From assembly GCA_017502425.1 (NCBI GenBank), contig JAFVVB010000186.1, positions 1-35,085 of the forward strand: a stretch of DNA of 35,085 nucleotides, in the 5' to 3' direction. Within the stretch, counting starts at the first letter, position 1; the number at the start of each line of letters is the position of its first letter. Source of the stretch: Ruminococcus sp. GTDB taxonomy: Bacteria > Bacillota > Clostridia > Oscillospirales > Acutalibacteraceae. Below the pieces are notes generated by a model. The model was not told the DNA's origin. It ran no database searches and saw only the letters and a list, made by a program, of their open reading frames with translations. The position numbers were made by a program, and so were the translations under genes. Positions 18,301 through 27,757 of this stretch are shown here, in pieces.

Positions 18301-19632
18301 CTATCTGTCACGGATATTTTTAATTATATCTTCGACGGTTTCTCTTAATAAAGAATCAGTTTTCATATTTTTTTCTACCTGCTGTACTGTGTATACGATA
18401 GTGGAGTAATGTCTGCCACCAAATTCTTTACCGACAGCTTCCATAGAAAGCGAAGTTAGTTCTCGTACTATGAATATAGCAATTTGTCTAGGCTTGTTTA
18501 TATTAGCTCTTCTGGATTTCTGCGATTTAATATCATCAGCTTCTACTCCAAAAGTACGGGCTACTTCATCAATGATTTTTTCTACCGTAAGCTCAGGTGG
18601 AGCTTCGTTATTTAAAATATCAGAGATAGCCTCAGTTACGGTAGTGATAGTAGGAATTTCTCCGGTTAAGTAGAATCTAGCTTTAAGCTTTTTAACTACG
18701 CCTTCGAGCTGTCTAATATTTGATTTTAATTTTTGCGCTATACATTCACACACATCGTCATCTAAATTAAGACCTAAAATTTCAGATTTACGTTTAATGA
18801 TAGCTATTCTGGTTTCTAAATCAGGTGGCTGAATATCAGCAATGAGTCCTGATTCAAAACGAGTACGCAATCTGTCTTCTAAAGTCTTGATTTCTTTTGG
18901 TGGTCTGTCAGATGTGAGTACTATCTGTTTTTTAGCTTCAAATAAAGAGTTGAATGTGTGGAAGAATTCTTCCTGAGTTCTTTCTTTACCACCTATAAAC
19001 TGAACGTCGTCTACTAAAAGTACGTCAGTTTGTCTATATTTTTGTCTGAATTCAGAAGCAGTAGCCATACGGATAGATTCTATAAGTTCGTTAGTAAAAT
19101 CATCACCTTTGATGTAGATAATCTTTTTATCAGGATAATTATTTTTGATATCGTTACCGATAGCATAAAGCAGGTGAGTTTTACCAAGTCCTGAGTTACC
19201 GTATAAAAACAGAGGGTTATATGCGCCCGCTGGGTTTTGAGCAACTGCTAAACACGCTGCGTGTGCAAATTTATTTGACTGACCAACGATAAAAGTATCG
19301 AAAGTAAATTCGTAACCTGCATCAGCTGACTGTTCATTGGATAAAAACTTCTCTTTTTCTTTTTTATCTACTTCATCAGGAATGATAAATTTAGTTTCAA
19401 ATGTAGTACCAAATACTGCTTTGTATGCTTCTTCGAGCATGGATAAATAACAACGCATCAGAGTCTGGCGATGAAAGTCATTAGGAACCATCAGTACGAT
19501 TTCGCTATTTTCAAAATCAATATTTACCGGTTCAATTCTACTTATCCATGTTTTATATGCAACGTCGGTTATTTTTTTCTCTTTGCAAAAGTAATCGCAT
19601 ATTACTTGCCATCCTTCATCAAAAGAACCCAT
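18301..19632 (-). CDS. dnaA: Chromosomal replication initiator DnaA
   Basis: FDTFIVGQSNKFA, YNPLFLYGNSGLGKTHL, LLVDDVQF, QEEFFHTFN, SDRPPKEI, NIRQLEG. Confidence 0.98.
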   Translation of the reverse strand: MGSFDEGWQVICDYFCKEKKITDVAYKTWISRIEPVNIDFENSEIVLMVPNDFHRQTLMRCYLSMLEEAYKAVFGTTFETKFIIPDEVDKKEKEKFLSNEQSADAGYEFTFDTFIVGQSNKFAHAACLAVAQNPAGAYNPLFLYGNSGLGKTHLLYAIGNDIKNNYPDKKIIYIKGDDFTNELIESIRMATASEFRQKYRQTDVLLVDDVQFIGGKERTQEEFFHTFNSLFEAKKQIVLTSDRPPKEIKTLEDRLRTRFESGLIADIQPPDLETRIAIIKRKSEILGLNLDDDVCECIAQKLKSNIRQLEGVVKKLKARFYLTGEIPTITTVTEAISDILNNEAPPELTVEKIIDEVARTFGVEADDIKSQKSRRANINKPRQIAIFIVRELTSLSMEAVGKEFGGRHYSTIVYTVQQVEKNMKTDSLLRETVEDIIKNIRDR

Positions 19633-19802
19633 TATTTTTCCTCCTGTTTCAAAAAAATCGTGTCAAATTTCAATAAACCTAATACTTGTCCATTATTACA
19701 TTTAACATTCTATCAAAAAAATGTTGAAAAAGCAATATATTTTTGCATTATAAAGTAAATATTTACTATATTAAATATGCCTTATTTTTAATGTTTTTCA
19801 GA

Positions 19803-19850
19803 GGTCTGTAATTTGTGGTCAAAAAGCCACTAAAATACTAGATATAGTGG
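19803..19850. promoter_or_regulatory. Candidate tandem NrdR boxes in the dnaA-rpmH intergenic region
   Basis: ATACTAGATATAGTGG (19835-19850) fits the acaCwAtATaTwGtgt consensus. A weaker copy, GGTCTGTAATTTGTGG, starts 32 bp earlier. Confidence 0.5.
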
Positions 19851-19909
19851 GTGCAAAAATCAGCTTTTTTAAAATATTATATAATACAATATAGAAGTAA
19901 AAATTTTTG

Positions 19910-19939
19910 TTGACAAAATCGGTGTTTTTAAGCTATAAT
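19910..19939 (+). promoter_or_regulatory. Sigma-A promoter of rpmH
   Basis: TTGACA-N18-TATAAT, followed by RBS AAAGGAGGG. Confidence 0.8.
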
Positions 19940-19979
19940 GCTAGATTGTAAGGTTATGTACCCGAAAGGAGGGTTTTAA

Positions 19980-20114
19980 ATGCTGAGAACATATCAGCCA
20001 AAAAAGCTTCACAGAAAGAAGGAGCACGGCTTCAGAAAAAGAATGGCTACTAAAAACGGTCGTAAGGTTTTAGCTAGAAGAAGAGCTAAAGGCAGAAAGC
20101 AATTATCATACTAA
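19980..20114 (+). CDS. rpmH: 50S ribosomal protein L34
   Basis: Not in the ORF track (44 aa). Manual translation [44 protein letters not shown]. Confidence 0.98.
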   Translation: MLRTYQPKKLHRKKEHGFRKRMATKNGRKVLARRRAKGRKQLSY

Positions 20115-20118
20115 GAAT

Positions 20119-20148
20119 AGGCCACTGTCGGCAGTGGTCTTTCTTTTT
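20119..20148 (+). terminator. Hairpin/terminator after rpmH
   Basis: AGGCCACTG-TCGG-CAGTGGTCT followed by TTCTTTTT. Confidence 0.75.
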
Positions 20149-20224
20149 ATTTAACGCTATTTAAGCTATGCGGTTACTACTACTAATTCCACTAAAACCG
20201 CATGCCTTTTAAAGGGTGGTTAAG

Positions 20225-20563
20225 ATGAGAGATTATCTCACTATAAAAGAGAATTTCAGATTCCAGCGCGCATATAAAAGAGGAAAGTCTTTTGTATCTC
20301 CTGCGCTTGTTACTTATGTCATTAAAAATAATACAAATAACCTTCAAATTGGAATAACCACTTCTAAAAAAATAGGCAAAGCTGTACAGCGCAATAGATG
20401 CAGACGAATCATAAGAGCGGCTTTTGATGAGCTTAGACCTTTAGTTATTAATGGGTACGACATAGTTTTTGTATCAAGAACTAAAACCCCTTATGTAAAA
20501 AGTACTGACATATTGTGCTATATGAGAAAGCATTTGCAACAGGCAAATGTGTTAAAAAAATAA
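20225..20563 (+). CDS. rnpA: Ribonuclease P protein component
   Basis: [23 protein letters not shown] (RNR motif); likely start ATG 20225. Confidence 0.96.
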   Translation: MRDYLTIKENFRFQRAYKRGKSFVSPALVTYVIKNNTNNLQIGITTSKKIGKAVQRNRCRRIIRAAFDELRPLVINGYDIVFVSRTKTPYVKSTDILCYMRKHLQQANVLKK

Positions 20564-20564
20564 T

Positions 20565-20789
20565 ATGAAGAAAATTTTTATTTCATTGATCAGATTTTAT
20601 CAGTGCAAAATTTCTCCTTTAATGGGAAAAGGTAAGTGTAAATTTTACCCCACCTGCTCACAGTATGCTATTGAAGCTATATCCGAATATGGTGCGTTTA
20701 AAGGTACATTTTTGGCATTGTGGAGGATACTCAGGTGTAATCCGTTTTCCCGCGGGGGATATGACCCCGTTAAAAAGAAGAAGCACTAA
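20565..20789 (+). CDS. yidD: Membrane protein insertion efficiency factor YidD
   Basis: [11 protein letters not shown]...[16 protein letters not shown]. Confidence 0.96.
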   Translation: MKKIFISLIRFYQCKISPLMGKGKCKFYPTCSQYAIEAISEYGAFKGTFLALWRILRCNPFSRGGYDPVKKKKH

Positions 20790-20812
20790 GGATAAAGAAG
20801 GTTAAATTTATT

Positions 20813-21736
20813 ATGGTTGGATTTTTTAACATTTTTGGTAGTTTATTTGGATATATACTTTGGTTTGCATATTCATTCATAAATAACTTTGGTATTGCTA
20901 TCATCATTTTCACTTTACTGTTCAAGGTTATTTTGTTCCCATCTTCTGTAAAACAGCAGAAATCCATGGCTGCAAACGCAAAGCTCCAGGCAAAACAGAA
21001 AGAACTACAACAAAAATACGGCGAAGATAAACAGAAATATAACGAAGAACTTCAAAAATTATACGAAAAAGAAAACGTTAGTCCGTTTGGTGGTTGTTTA
21101 ACATCACTTTTACCTATGTTAATTATGCTCGGTATCTTCTATTCAGTAGCAAGACCGCTTTCTAATGTTGTGCATATCGCGTCTGAGAAAGTAACTGCTT
21201 TAGCTGAGTATATTCACACAATACCGGGTTTTTCTCTCAATTCAACTTCTATTTATCACGAAATTGATATATTAAGAGTATTTGACAGCATTTCATCACA
21301 CAGTGCTGTTACTGAGATACTTACAGGCGATGAAATCGAAAAAATCAATATGCTTTCGGGCGGCTTTAACTTCTTAGGTCTTGATTTACTTTCAACACCT
21401 AAATTTACCGGTGGAATTCTTTTATTAATTCCGATTTTATGTCTTTTAACATCAGTCGGTACTCAGATTTTCACTATGTTTACTAAGGGAAGCCCTATGA
21501 AAAACCAGCAGGGTTGTATGAAATTTATGTTCATCGGTTTACCTGTTCTTACTGCTTGGATCGCTTATACTGTTCCTGCTGCTGTTGGTTTTTACTGGAT
21601 TTGTTCAAACTTATTCGGATTTGTCCAGATTATTATCATGAACAAATTCTACTCAGCGGACAAGTTAATTGCTAAAACTGAGGCTCAACATATCGCAAGA
21701 CTTGAATTAGAAGAGAAAAGCGTGAAGAAATATTAA
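20813..21736 (+). CDS. yidC: YidC/Oxa1 membrane protein insertase
   Basis: NFGIAIIIFT...LFP, ELQKLYEKE...GGCL, PAAVGFYW; synteny. Confidence 0.94.
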   Translation: MVGFFNIFGSLFGYILWFAYSFINNFGIAIIIFTLLFKVILFPSSVKQQKSMAANAKLQAKQKELQQKYGEDKQKYNEELQKLYEKENVSPFGGCLTSLLPMLIMLGIFYSVARPLSNVVHIASEKVTALAEYIHTIPGFSLNSTSIYHEIDILRVFDSISSHSAVTEILTGDEIEKINMLSGGFNFLGLDLLSTPKFTGGILLLIPILCLLTSVGTQIFTMFTKGSPMKNQQGCMKFMFIGLPVLTAWIAYTVPAAVGFYWICSNLFGFVQIIIMNKFYSADKLIAKTEAQHIARLELEEKSVKKY

Positions 21737-21786
21737 TTACGGACTTTAATTAAAGGCGAAGATAATTCATTAAAGAAGGTGCAATT

Positions 21787-22575
21787 TTGAATAGAGAAGC
21801 TATTGCAACAGGTAATACTGTTGAAGAAGCAAGAGAAAAAGCATGCGAAATGCTCGGCGTTGAGTCTTATGATGACAACGTTGAGTTTGAAATAATTGAA
21901 ATGCAATCTAAAAAAATCTTAGGTCTTTTTGGTGGTCATCCTGCCAAAGTCAAGGTTTTTATTAAAACTACACCTGCTCAGGCAGCTACTGAGTATTTAG
22001 AAAACATCATTAAAGCGATGGGTTTAACTGATATTCAGATGAGTGTAGAAGAAAAAGAAAAGAATAATATCATTATTGATATCACAGGTGAAGACGTTGG
22101 TTCTGTTATTGGCAGAAGAGGCGAAACATTAGATGCTTTACAGTATCTCACATGTTTAGTTGCTAACCACGTAGAAAACTCTTATTGCAGAGTTACTATC
22201 AACACAGGTGATTACAGAGAAAAAAGAGAAAAAACTCTCGAAATTTTAGGCAGAAAGCTTGCTATCAAAGCTGCAAAAACAGGCAGAAAAGCATCTCTTG
22301 AGCCTATGAATCCTTATGAGAGAAGAATCATCCATACTGCTGTTCAGAAAGTCAACGGTGCTATCTCATGGAGTGAGGGTGAAAATATCAACCGTCATGT
22401 CGTTATCGGTCCTGACCAAAAATCAAAGGGTAACTTTAAAGGTGGCAGAAACGGCAGAAGACCATACAAAGGTGGTAAAGGCTCTGCTAAATCTCAGCCT
22501 AAAGCACCAAACCCAGACCGCAAACCTTTAAACGAGGGCGGCGAGTACGGTCTCTACGGCAGAATTGATAAATAA
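21787..22575 (+). CDS. jag: Jag / EloR / KhpB RNA-binding protein (Jag_N, KH, R3H)
   Basis: GNTVEEA, IGRRGETLDALQYL, LEPMNPYERRIIH. Confidence 0.95.
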   Translation: MNREAIATGNTVEEAREKACEMLGVESYDDNVEFEIIEMQSKKILGLFGGHPAKVKVFIKTTPAQAATEYLENIIKAMGLTDIQMSVEEKEKNNIIIDITGEDVGSVIGRRGETLDALQYLTCLVANHVENSYCRVTINTGDYREKREKTLEILGRKLAIKAAKTGRKASLEPMNPYERRIIHTAVQKVNGAISWSEGENINRHVVIGPDQKSKGNFKGGRNGRRPYKGGKGSAKSQPKAPNPDRKPLNEGGEYGLYGRIDK

Positions 22576-22580
22576 AACGT

Positions 22581-22605
22581 AGGGGCGGTTTATCCGCCCC
22601 TTTTT
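22581..22605 (+). terminator. Intrinsic terminator after jag
   Basis: AGGGGCGG-TTTAT-CCGCCCCT followed by TTTT. Confidence 0.85.
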
Positions 22606-22637
22606 GATTTTTTACTTTATTTACAAAAGGTGTTACT

Positions 22638-24005
22638 ATGTTGAATTCTACTATCGCAGCTATCAGTACTGCTCAGGGTCTGGGCGGTATCGGTGTCATA
22701 AGAATATCAGGTGACGATGCTTTTACTATTGCTGATAAAGTATTTGTCGCAGTGAGTAATAATAAGCTGGGCGATGTGAAGGGCTATACTGCACATTTCG
22801 GTGCAGTTTACTATAATAACGAAAAAATCGATGAGTGTGTTGCTACTGTTTTCAGAGCACCACACAGTTATACCGGAGAAAACGTAGTTGAGTTTTCTGT
22901 ACATGGTGGTACTTATGTTACTAAAACAGTACTCAGAGCAGTTTTAGATAATGGTGCGGTACCGGCTTTAGCAGGTGAGTTTACTAAGAGAGCGTTTTTA
23001 AATGGCAAGCTTGATTTGACTGAAGCTGAGGCTGTTATGGATATTATCGGCGCTAAATCTCACGCTGCTGCTAAATCCGCACTTACTGTACACGAAGGTG
23101 CTTTGAGTAAAAGCATTAATGAGGTTAAAGAAGACCTTGTATTGCGTGCTGCTCACCTTTGTGCGTGGGCTGACTATCCTGAAGAGGATATACCTGAAAT
23201 TGAATTTAACGCGCTTAAAGATGCGCTTGATATTGCATATAATAAACTATCCTTTTTACTTAGTAATTACGATAAAGGAAAAGCCATAAGAGATGGCATT
23301 GATACTGTTATCGTCGGCAGACCGAATGTCGGTAAATCTACGCTGATGAATCTTATTACCGGTTATGATAAAAGTATTGTTACTGATATAGCAGGAACTA
23401 CTCGTGATGTAGTAGAAGAAACTGCTGTTGTAAAAGATATTACTCTTCATCTGTCTGATACTGCCGGTATCAGAGATGCTGATAATGCTATTGAGAAAAT
23501 CGGTGTTGATAAAGCTAAAAAACGTCTTAGTACAGCTGAGCTGATTATCGCTGTTTTTGACGCGTCTGCTGAGCTTTCACATGATGATATTTCTATTTTA
23601 AATGACATCAAAGGCAGTATTTGTATTGCTGTTATTAATAAAGAGGATTTAGATATAAAACTCGATATTGAAAAGATAAAGGAAGTTACTGAAAACATCG
23701 TGTTTATGTCTGCCAAAGCTAAAACTGGTGTAAAAGAATTTGAAGATATTTTAGAAAAAGTTGCGGGTACTGCTGATTTTGATGCATCTAACGCAGTACT
23801 TTCTAACGAACGTCAGAGAAGTCTTGCTAAAGCGTCTTTCGATGCTTTAAGTGATGCTATCAACGCTCTTGATATGGGTATGACTTACGATGCTGTTACC
23901 GTATCTTTAGAAGATGCTATCGCTTTTTTATGTGAGTTAACTGGAGAGCGTGTCACAGAAACTGTGGTTGATAATGTATTCCACCAGTTCTGTGTTGGTA
24001 AGTAA
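22638..24005 (+). CDS. mnmE: tRNA modification GTPase MnmE
   Basis: TIAAISTA, SYTGENVVE, GEFTKRAFLNGK, GRPNVGKSTL, DTAG, FCVGK. Confidence 0.98.
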   Translation: MLNSTIAAISTAQGLGGIGVIRISGDDAFTIADKVFVAVSNNKLGDVKGYTAHFGAVYYNNEKIDECVATVFRAPHSYTGENVVEFSVHGGTYVTKTVLRAVLDNGAVPALAGEFTKRAFLNGKLDLTEAEAVMDIIGAKSHAAAKSALTVHEGALSKSINEVKEDLVLRAAHLCAWADYPEEDIPEIEFNALKDALDIAYNKLSFLLSNYDKGKAIRDGIDTVIVGRPNVGKSTLMNLITGYDKSIVTDIAGTTRDVVEETAVVKDITLHLSDTAGIRDADNAIEKIGVDKAKKRLSTAELIIAVFDASAELSHDDISILNDIKGSICIAVINKEDLDIKLDIEKIKEVTENIVFMSAKAKTGVKEFEDILEKVAGTADFDASNAVLSNERQRSLAKASFDALSDAINALDMGMTYDAVTVSLEDAIAFLCELTGERVTETVVDNVFHQFCVGK

Positions 24006-24045
24006 TTTATTTAGATTTAAAAAGTTTTTACCGAGAGGTTTAATT

Positions 24046-25953
24046 ATGAGTACATATTTTGCAGGAAATTATGATGTTGCTGTTATAGGTGCAGGTCACG
24101 CTGGTATTGAAGCTGCACTTGCTTCAGCTCGTCTGGGATGTAAAACTGCTATTTTCACTATTAATATGGATGCTGTTGGCAATTGTCCGTGCAACCCATC
24201 TATCGGTGGTACTGCTAAAGGTCATCTGGTGCGAGAAATTGATGCCCTTGGTGGAGAAATGGGAAAAACAGCCGATGAATGTTTTCTGCAGATGAGAATG
24301 CTTAATTTAGGCAAAGGACCTGCGGTACATTCTTTGCGTGCTCAGATTGACAGACGCAAGTATCAGGATGTTATGAAGCATAAACTCGAGTTGTGTGATA
24401 ATCTTGATTTACGTCAGGCTGAGATTACTGACATTGAGAAAAATGATGACGGTACATGGACTATTACTACTCGTATGTTAGCCCAGTTTATAGCAAAAAC
24501 AGTAATTATTGCCACAGGAACATACTTAGGTGGCAAAATATTCATCGGAGAAGTATCATATGAGTCAGGACCGGACGGTGTCTTTCCTGCTACTTTCTTA
24601 GGAGAGAGTCTGAGAAAACTCGGTATTTCGACCAGACGTTTCAAAACAGGTACTCCCGCACGAGTTAAAAGAAGTACTATCGACCTTGATAGACTTGAAG
24701 TGCAACAAGGGGATAATCCTCCTGTACCATTTTCTTTTGATACTGAATCGTTAGGTGAGAATAAGGTTGTGTGTCACGTTAGCTATACTAACGAAGATAC
24801 TAAAAAAATCATACTCGATAATATTCATCGTTCTCCGCTTTATGGAGGTAAAATCGAAGGTGTTGGTCCGCGATACTGTCCAAGCCTTGAGGATAAAATC
24901 GTCAGATTTGAGCACAAAGAAAGACATCAGCTTTTTATTGAACCATGTGGACTTGATACTGAGGAAATGTACCTTCAGGGCATGTCTTCTTCTCTGCCTG
25001 AGGAAGTTCAGCTTCAGTTCTATCACACTATACCTGGACTTGAAAATGCTTTAATTATGCGTCCAGCGTATGCTATCGAGTACGATTGTATCGACCCGAC
25101 TACTATGAATGCGACGCTTGAGTTCAGAGATTTTGAAGGACTTTACGGTGCAGGTCAGTTCAACGGTAGCTCAGGCTACGAAGAAGCTGCGGCTCAGGGA
25201 TTAGTCGCAGGTATCAACGCTGCTCATAAAGTATTAGGAAAAGAACCTTTTATATTAGACAGAGCCAGCTCATATATCGGAACGCTGATTGACGACTTAG
25301 TTACTAAAGGTGCTAACGAACCATATCGCATGATGACATCAAGAAGCGAATATCGTCTTATTCTGCGTCAGGATAACGCTGATGAAAGACTCACTAAGAT
25401 AGGATATGAGCTTGGACTTATTTCTCAGGAACGCTATGAACGTTTTAATAAAAAACAGGAACTCATAAAGCAGGAGCTCAATCGTGCTAAAAATACGGTT
25501 ATTCCGTATTCTGATGAGTTAAACGATATACTTGTTTCACGTGAAACATCAAAAGTAAGTAATTCTATTCGTCTGATAGAACTATTAAAACGCCCTCAGC
25601 TAAACTACGAAGTTCTTAAGAGCGTTGATGTAACAAGGCCTGATTTACCGATGAGCGTATTTGAACAGGTTGAAATCGCTATTAAATATGATGGCTATAT
25701 TAAAAAGCAACTGGCTCAAGTAGAGCAGATGAGAAAACTGGAAGTTAAAAAGCTTCCTGATGACGTTGATTATAAAACTCTTACAGGGCTCAGATTAGAG
25801 GCTCAGGAAAAGCTAAGTAAAATTCGTCCTGCAAATATCGGTCAGGCATCACGTATCAGTGGTGTTTCGCCTGCTGATATCAGCGTTCTACTTATCTGGT
25901 TAGCTAAAAGGTCTCAGGATACTCACAGCAGCGAGGTAAAAAATGATGTTTAA
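24046..25953 (+). CDS. mnmG: tRNA uridine-34 modification enzyme MnmG (GidA)
   Basis: GAGHAGIEAA, CNPSIGG, GPRYCPS, YRMMTSRSEYR; start moved to ATG 24046 after RBS GAGAGG. Confidence 0.98.
   Translation: MSTYFAGNYDVAVIGAGHAGIEAALASARLGCKTAIFTINMDAVGNCPCNPSIGGTAKGHLVREIDALGGEMGKTADECFLQMRMLNLGKGPAVHSLRAQIDRRKYQDVMKHKLELCDNLDLRQAEITDIEKNDDGTWTITTRMLAQFIAKTVIIATGTYLGGKIFIGEVSYESGPDGVFPATFLGESLRKLGISTRRFKTGTPARVKRSTIDLDRLEVQQGDNPPVPFSFDTESLGENKVVCHVSYTNEDTKKIILDNIHRSPLYGGKIEGVGPRYCPSLEDKIVRFEHKERHQLFIEPCGLDTEEMYLQGMSSSLPEEVQLQFYHTIPGLENALIMRPAYAIEYDCIDPTTMNATLEFRDFEGLYGAGQFNGSSGYEEAAAQGLVAGINAAHKVLGKEPFILDRASSYIGTLIDDLVTKGANEPYRMMTSRSEYRLILRQDNADERLTKIGYELGLISQERYERFNKKQELIKQELNRAKNTVIPYSDELNDILVSRETSKVSNSIRLIELLKRPQLNYEVLKSVDVTRPDLPMSVFEQVEIAIKYDGYIKKQLAQVEQMRKLEVKKLPDDVDYKTLTGLRLEAQEKLSKIRPANIGQASRISGVSPADISVLLIWLAKRSQDTHSSEVKNDV
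25533..25548. promoter_or_regulatory. parS: parS site (inside mnmG)
   Basis: Perfect palindrome TGTTTCACGTGAAACA, the Firmicute parS consensus. Confidence 0.92.
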
Positions 25954-26656
25954 AGATATTTTAAAAGAGCAAGCTCAGCTTTCAGACATTAAACTAGATG
26001 ATAATCAGATTGAATTATTGACTCGCTACTATGAATTGCTCATTGAGTGGAATGAAAAAATGAATCTCACAGCACTCACAGAACCTACTGACGTAGCGCT
26101 AAAGCACTTTTGTGACAGTATTTTGCTTTTAAAATACGTGAGTATTCCTGAGAAAAGCTCTTTGATAGACGTTGGCACAGGCGCTGGTTTTCCGTCAGTT
26201 CCTATTAAAATAGTTCGTCCTGATATTAAATTATGTTTGCTCGATAGTCTGAATAAAAGACTTGTTTTTCTCAAAGAAGTAGTAGATAGTTTAGGACTTT
26301 ATAACGTAGATATTATACATTCACGTGCTGAAGATGGTGCAAAGAAAAAAGAGCTGAGAGAACAGTTTGATTTTGCGACATCCAGAGCAGTTGCCCAGCT
26401 TAACATACTATCTGAGTACTGCTTACCGTATGTAAAGTTAGGCGGTGCTTTCCTTGCTATGAAGGGTAAGTACAGCGAGGAAGAGATTACTAATGCTAAA
26501 AGCGCGATTAAAACGTTAGGTGGCAAATGCGAGAAAGTCACTAAATATGAACTGAGTGATTCATCGCAGCGTACTATTATTAATATAAAGAAGCTTAATA
26601 GTACCGATAAACGCTATCCGCGTAATTCATCTAAAATTAAGTCAAAACCTTTATAA
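25943..26656 (+). CDS. rsmG: 16S rRNA m7G527 methyltransferase RsmG (GidB)
   Basis: WNEKMNLTA, KHFCDS, DVGTGAGFP, SRAVA. Confidence 0.97.
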   Translation: MMFKDILKEQAQLSDIKLDDNQIELLTRYYELLIEWNEKMNLTALTEPTDVALKHFCDSILLLKYVSIPEKSSLIDVGTGAGFPSVPIKIVRPDIKLCLLDSLNKRLVFLKEVVDSLGLYNVDIIHSRAEDGAKKKELREQFDFATSRAVAQLNILSEYCLPYVKLGGAFLAMKGKYSEEEITNAKSAIKTLGGKCEKVTKYELSDSSQRTIINIKKLNSTDKRYPRNSSKIKSKPL

Positions 26657-26666
26657 ATGTTAGTTT

Positions 26667-26697
26667 AACGGCACATTCGACCTGATGTGCCGTTTTT
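26667..26697 (+). terminator. Intrinsic terminator after rsmG
   Basis: AACGGCACAT...ATGTGCCGTT followed by TTT. Confidence 0.8.
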
Positions 26698-26806
26698 CTA
26701 TGTAAAAACCTAAAAGAAAATTGTTTTCGCATACAAAAAACAACAAATAAAATCCCGCACAGGTGGTATTATCTATGTGCGGGGACAACCTGTGAGGGAG
26801 AATAAA

Positions 26807-27631
26807 ATGAGTTTTTTGAGTAGAGATGACAATAAAGTCCTTTTAGTTCCTACAATTTCAATAAGACCTAATAAAACCCAACCGCGTAAAAACTTTGACG
26901 AGCAGGATTTGCGGTCACTGTCACGGTCTATCGTTCAGAACGGGATCCTCCAACCCTTATCGGTACGCAGAATTAATTCTTCTGAATTTGAGCTTATTGC
27001 CGGAGAACGAAGACTAAGAGCAGCGATAATGGCAGGTATCACAAGAGTTCCGTGCGTCGTGCTCAAATGCTCCGACAAAGACTCGGCTGTTTATGCATTG
27101 ATTGAAAACATTCAGCGCAAGGATTTAGGAATGTTTGAGCAAGCACGCGGTATAGCAAGACTAATACGAAAATACGGTCTTACTCAGGAACAGGCTGCGA
27201 TACAGCTGGGAAAAAAGCAATCCACTATTGCTAATAAACTAAGATTACTAAAGCTTACTTTTGATGAGCAGGAATGGATAATCAGCGCATCGCTGTCTGA
27301 GCGTCATGCAAGGGCGCTACTGAGAATTGACGATGAGATGCTCAGAAGAGAAGCACTTAGCAGAATAATATCGGATAACTTAAACGTCAGCCAAACGGAG
27401 GCGTATGTGACTGACGTGTTGCTAAGGCGTTGCTCGACTATACAACCAGAGAAAAAGAAGCAGGAAAAGAAAATAGTCGTAAAAGACGTCAGAATATTCG
27501 TTAATACTATAAATAAAGCAGTCGATACTATGCGTTTGTCAGGGATTAACGCAACGAGTAGCAAAAACGAGACTGATGATTACATAGAATACACAGTAAA
27601 AATCCCTAAAGCCGCTGAAAAAGCGTCGTAA
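26807..27631 (+). CDS. noc: ParB-family nucleoid occlusion protein (Noc/YyaA-like)
   Basis: QPRKNF, IAGERRLRA, ALIENIQR, QSTIANKLRLL, ERHARALL, KDVRIFVNTI; position between rsmG and parA; likely start ATG 26807. Confidence 0.88.
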   Translation: MSFLSRDDNKVLLVPTISIRPNKTQPRKNFDEQDLRSLSRSIVQNGILQPLSVRRINSSEFELIAGERRLRAAIMAGITRVPCVVLKCSDKDSAVYALIENIQRKDLGMFEQARGIARLIRKYGLTQEQAAIQLGKKQSTIANKLRLLKLTFDEQEWIISASLSERHARALLRIDDEMLRREALSRIISDNLNVSQTEAYVTDVLLRRCSTIQPEKKKQEKKIVVKDVRIFVNTINKAVDTMRLSGINATSSKNETDDYIEYTVKIPKAAEKAS

Positions 27632-27692
27632 AGCTTTCCCCATAGATGCATAGCATCTATCCACTCATACCCATTTCCTTATCTGAACCCCT

Positions 27693-27733
27693 TGCCAAAG
27701 GCTACGTAGTTTATGCTGCGTAGCCTTTTGGCA
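27693..27733. other. Long inverted repeat downstream of noc
   Basis: TGCCAAAGGCTACGTAG...CTGCGTAGCCTTTTGGCA; no clear U-tail. Confidence 0.6.
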
Positions 27734-27741
27734 TATACTGA

Positions 27742-27757
27742 TGTTTCACGTGAAACA
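27742..27757. promoter_or_regulatory. parS: parS site (noc-parA intergenic)
   Basis: Perfect TGTTTCACGTGAAACA. Confidence 0.95.

Noticed and set aside
23950-24045. N-terminal extension of MnmG overlapping mnmE
   Set aside because: Artefact of longest-ORF calling; RBS and homology support ATG 24046.
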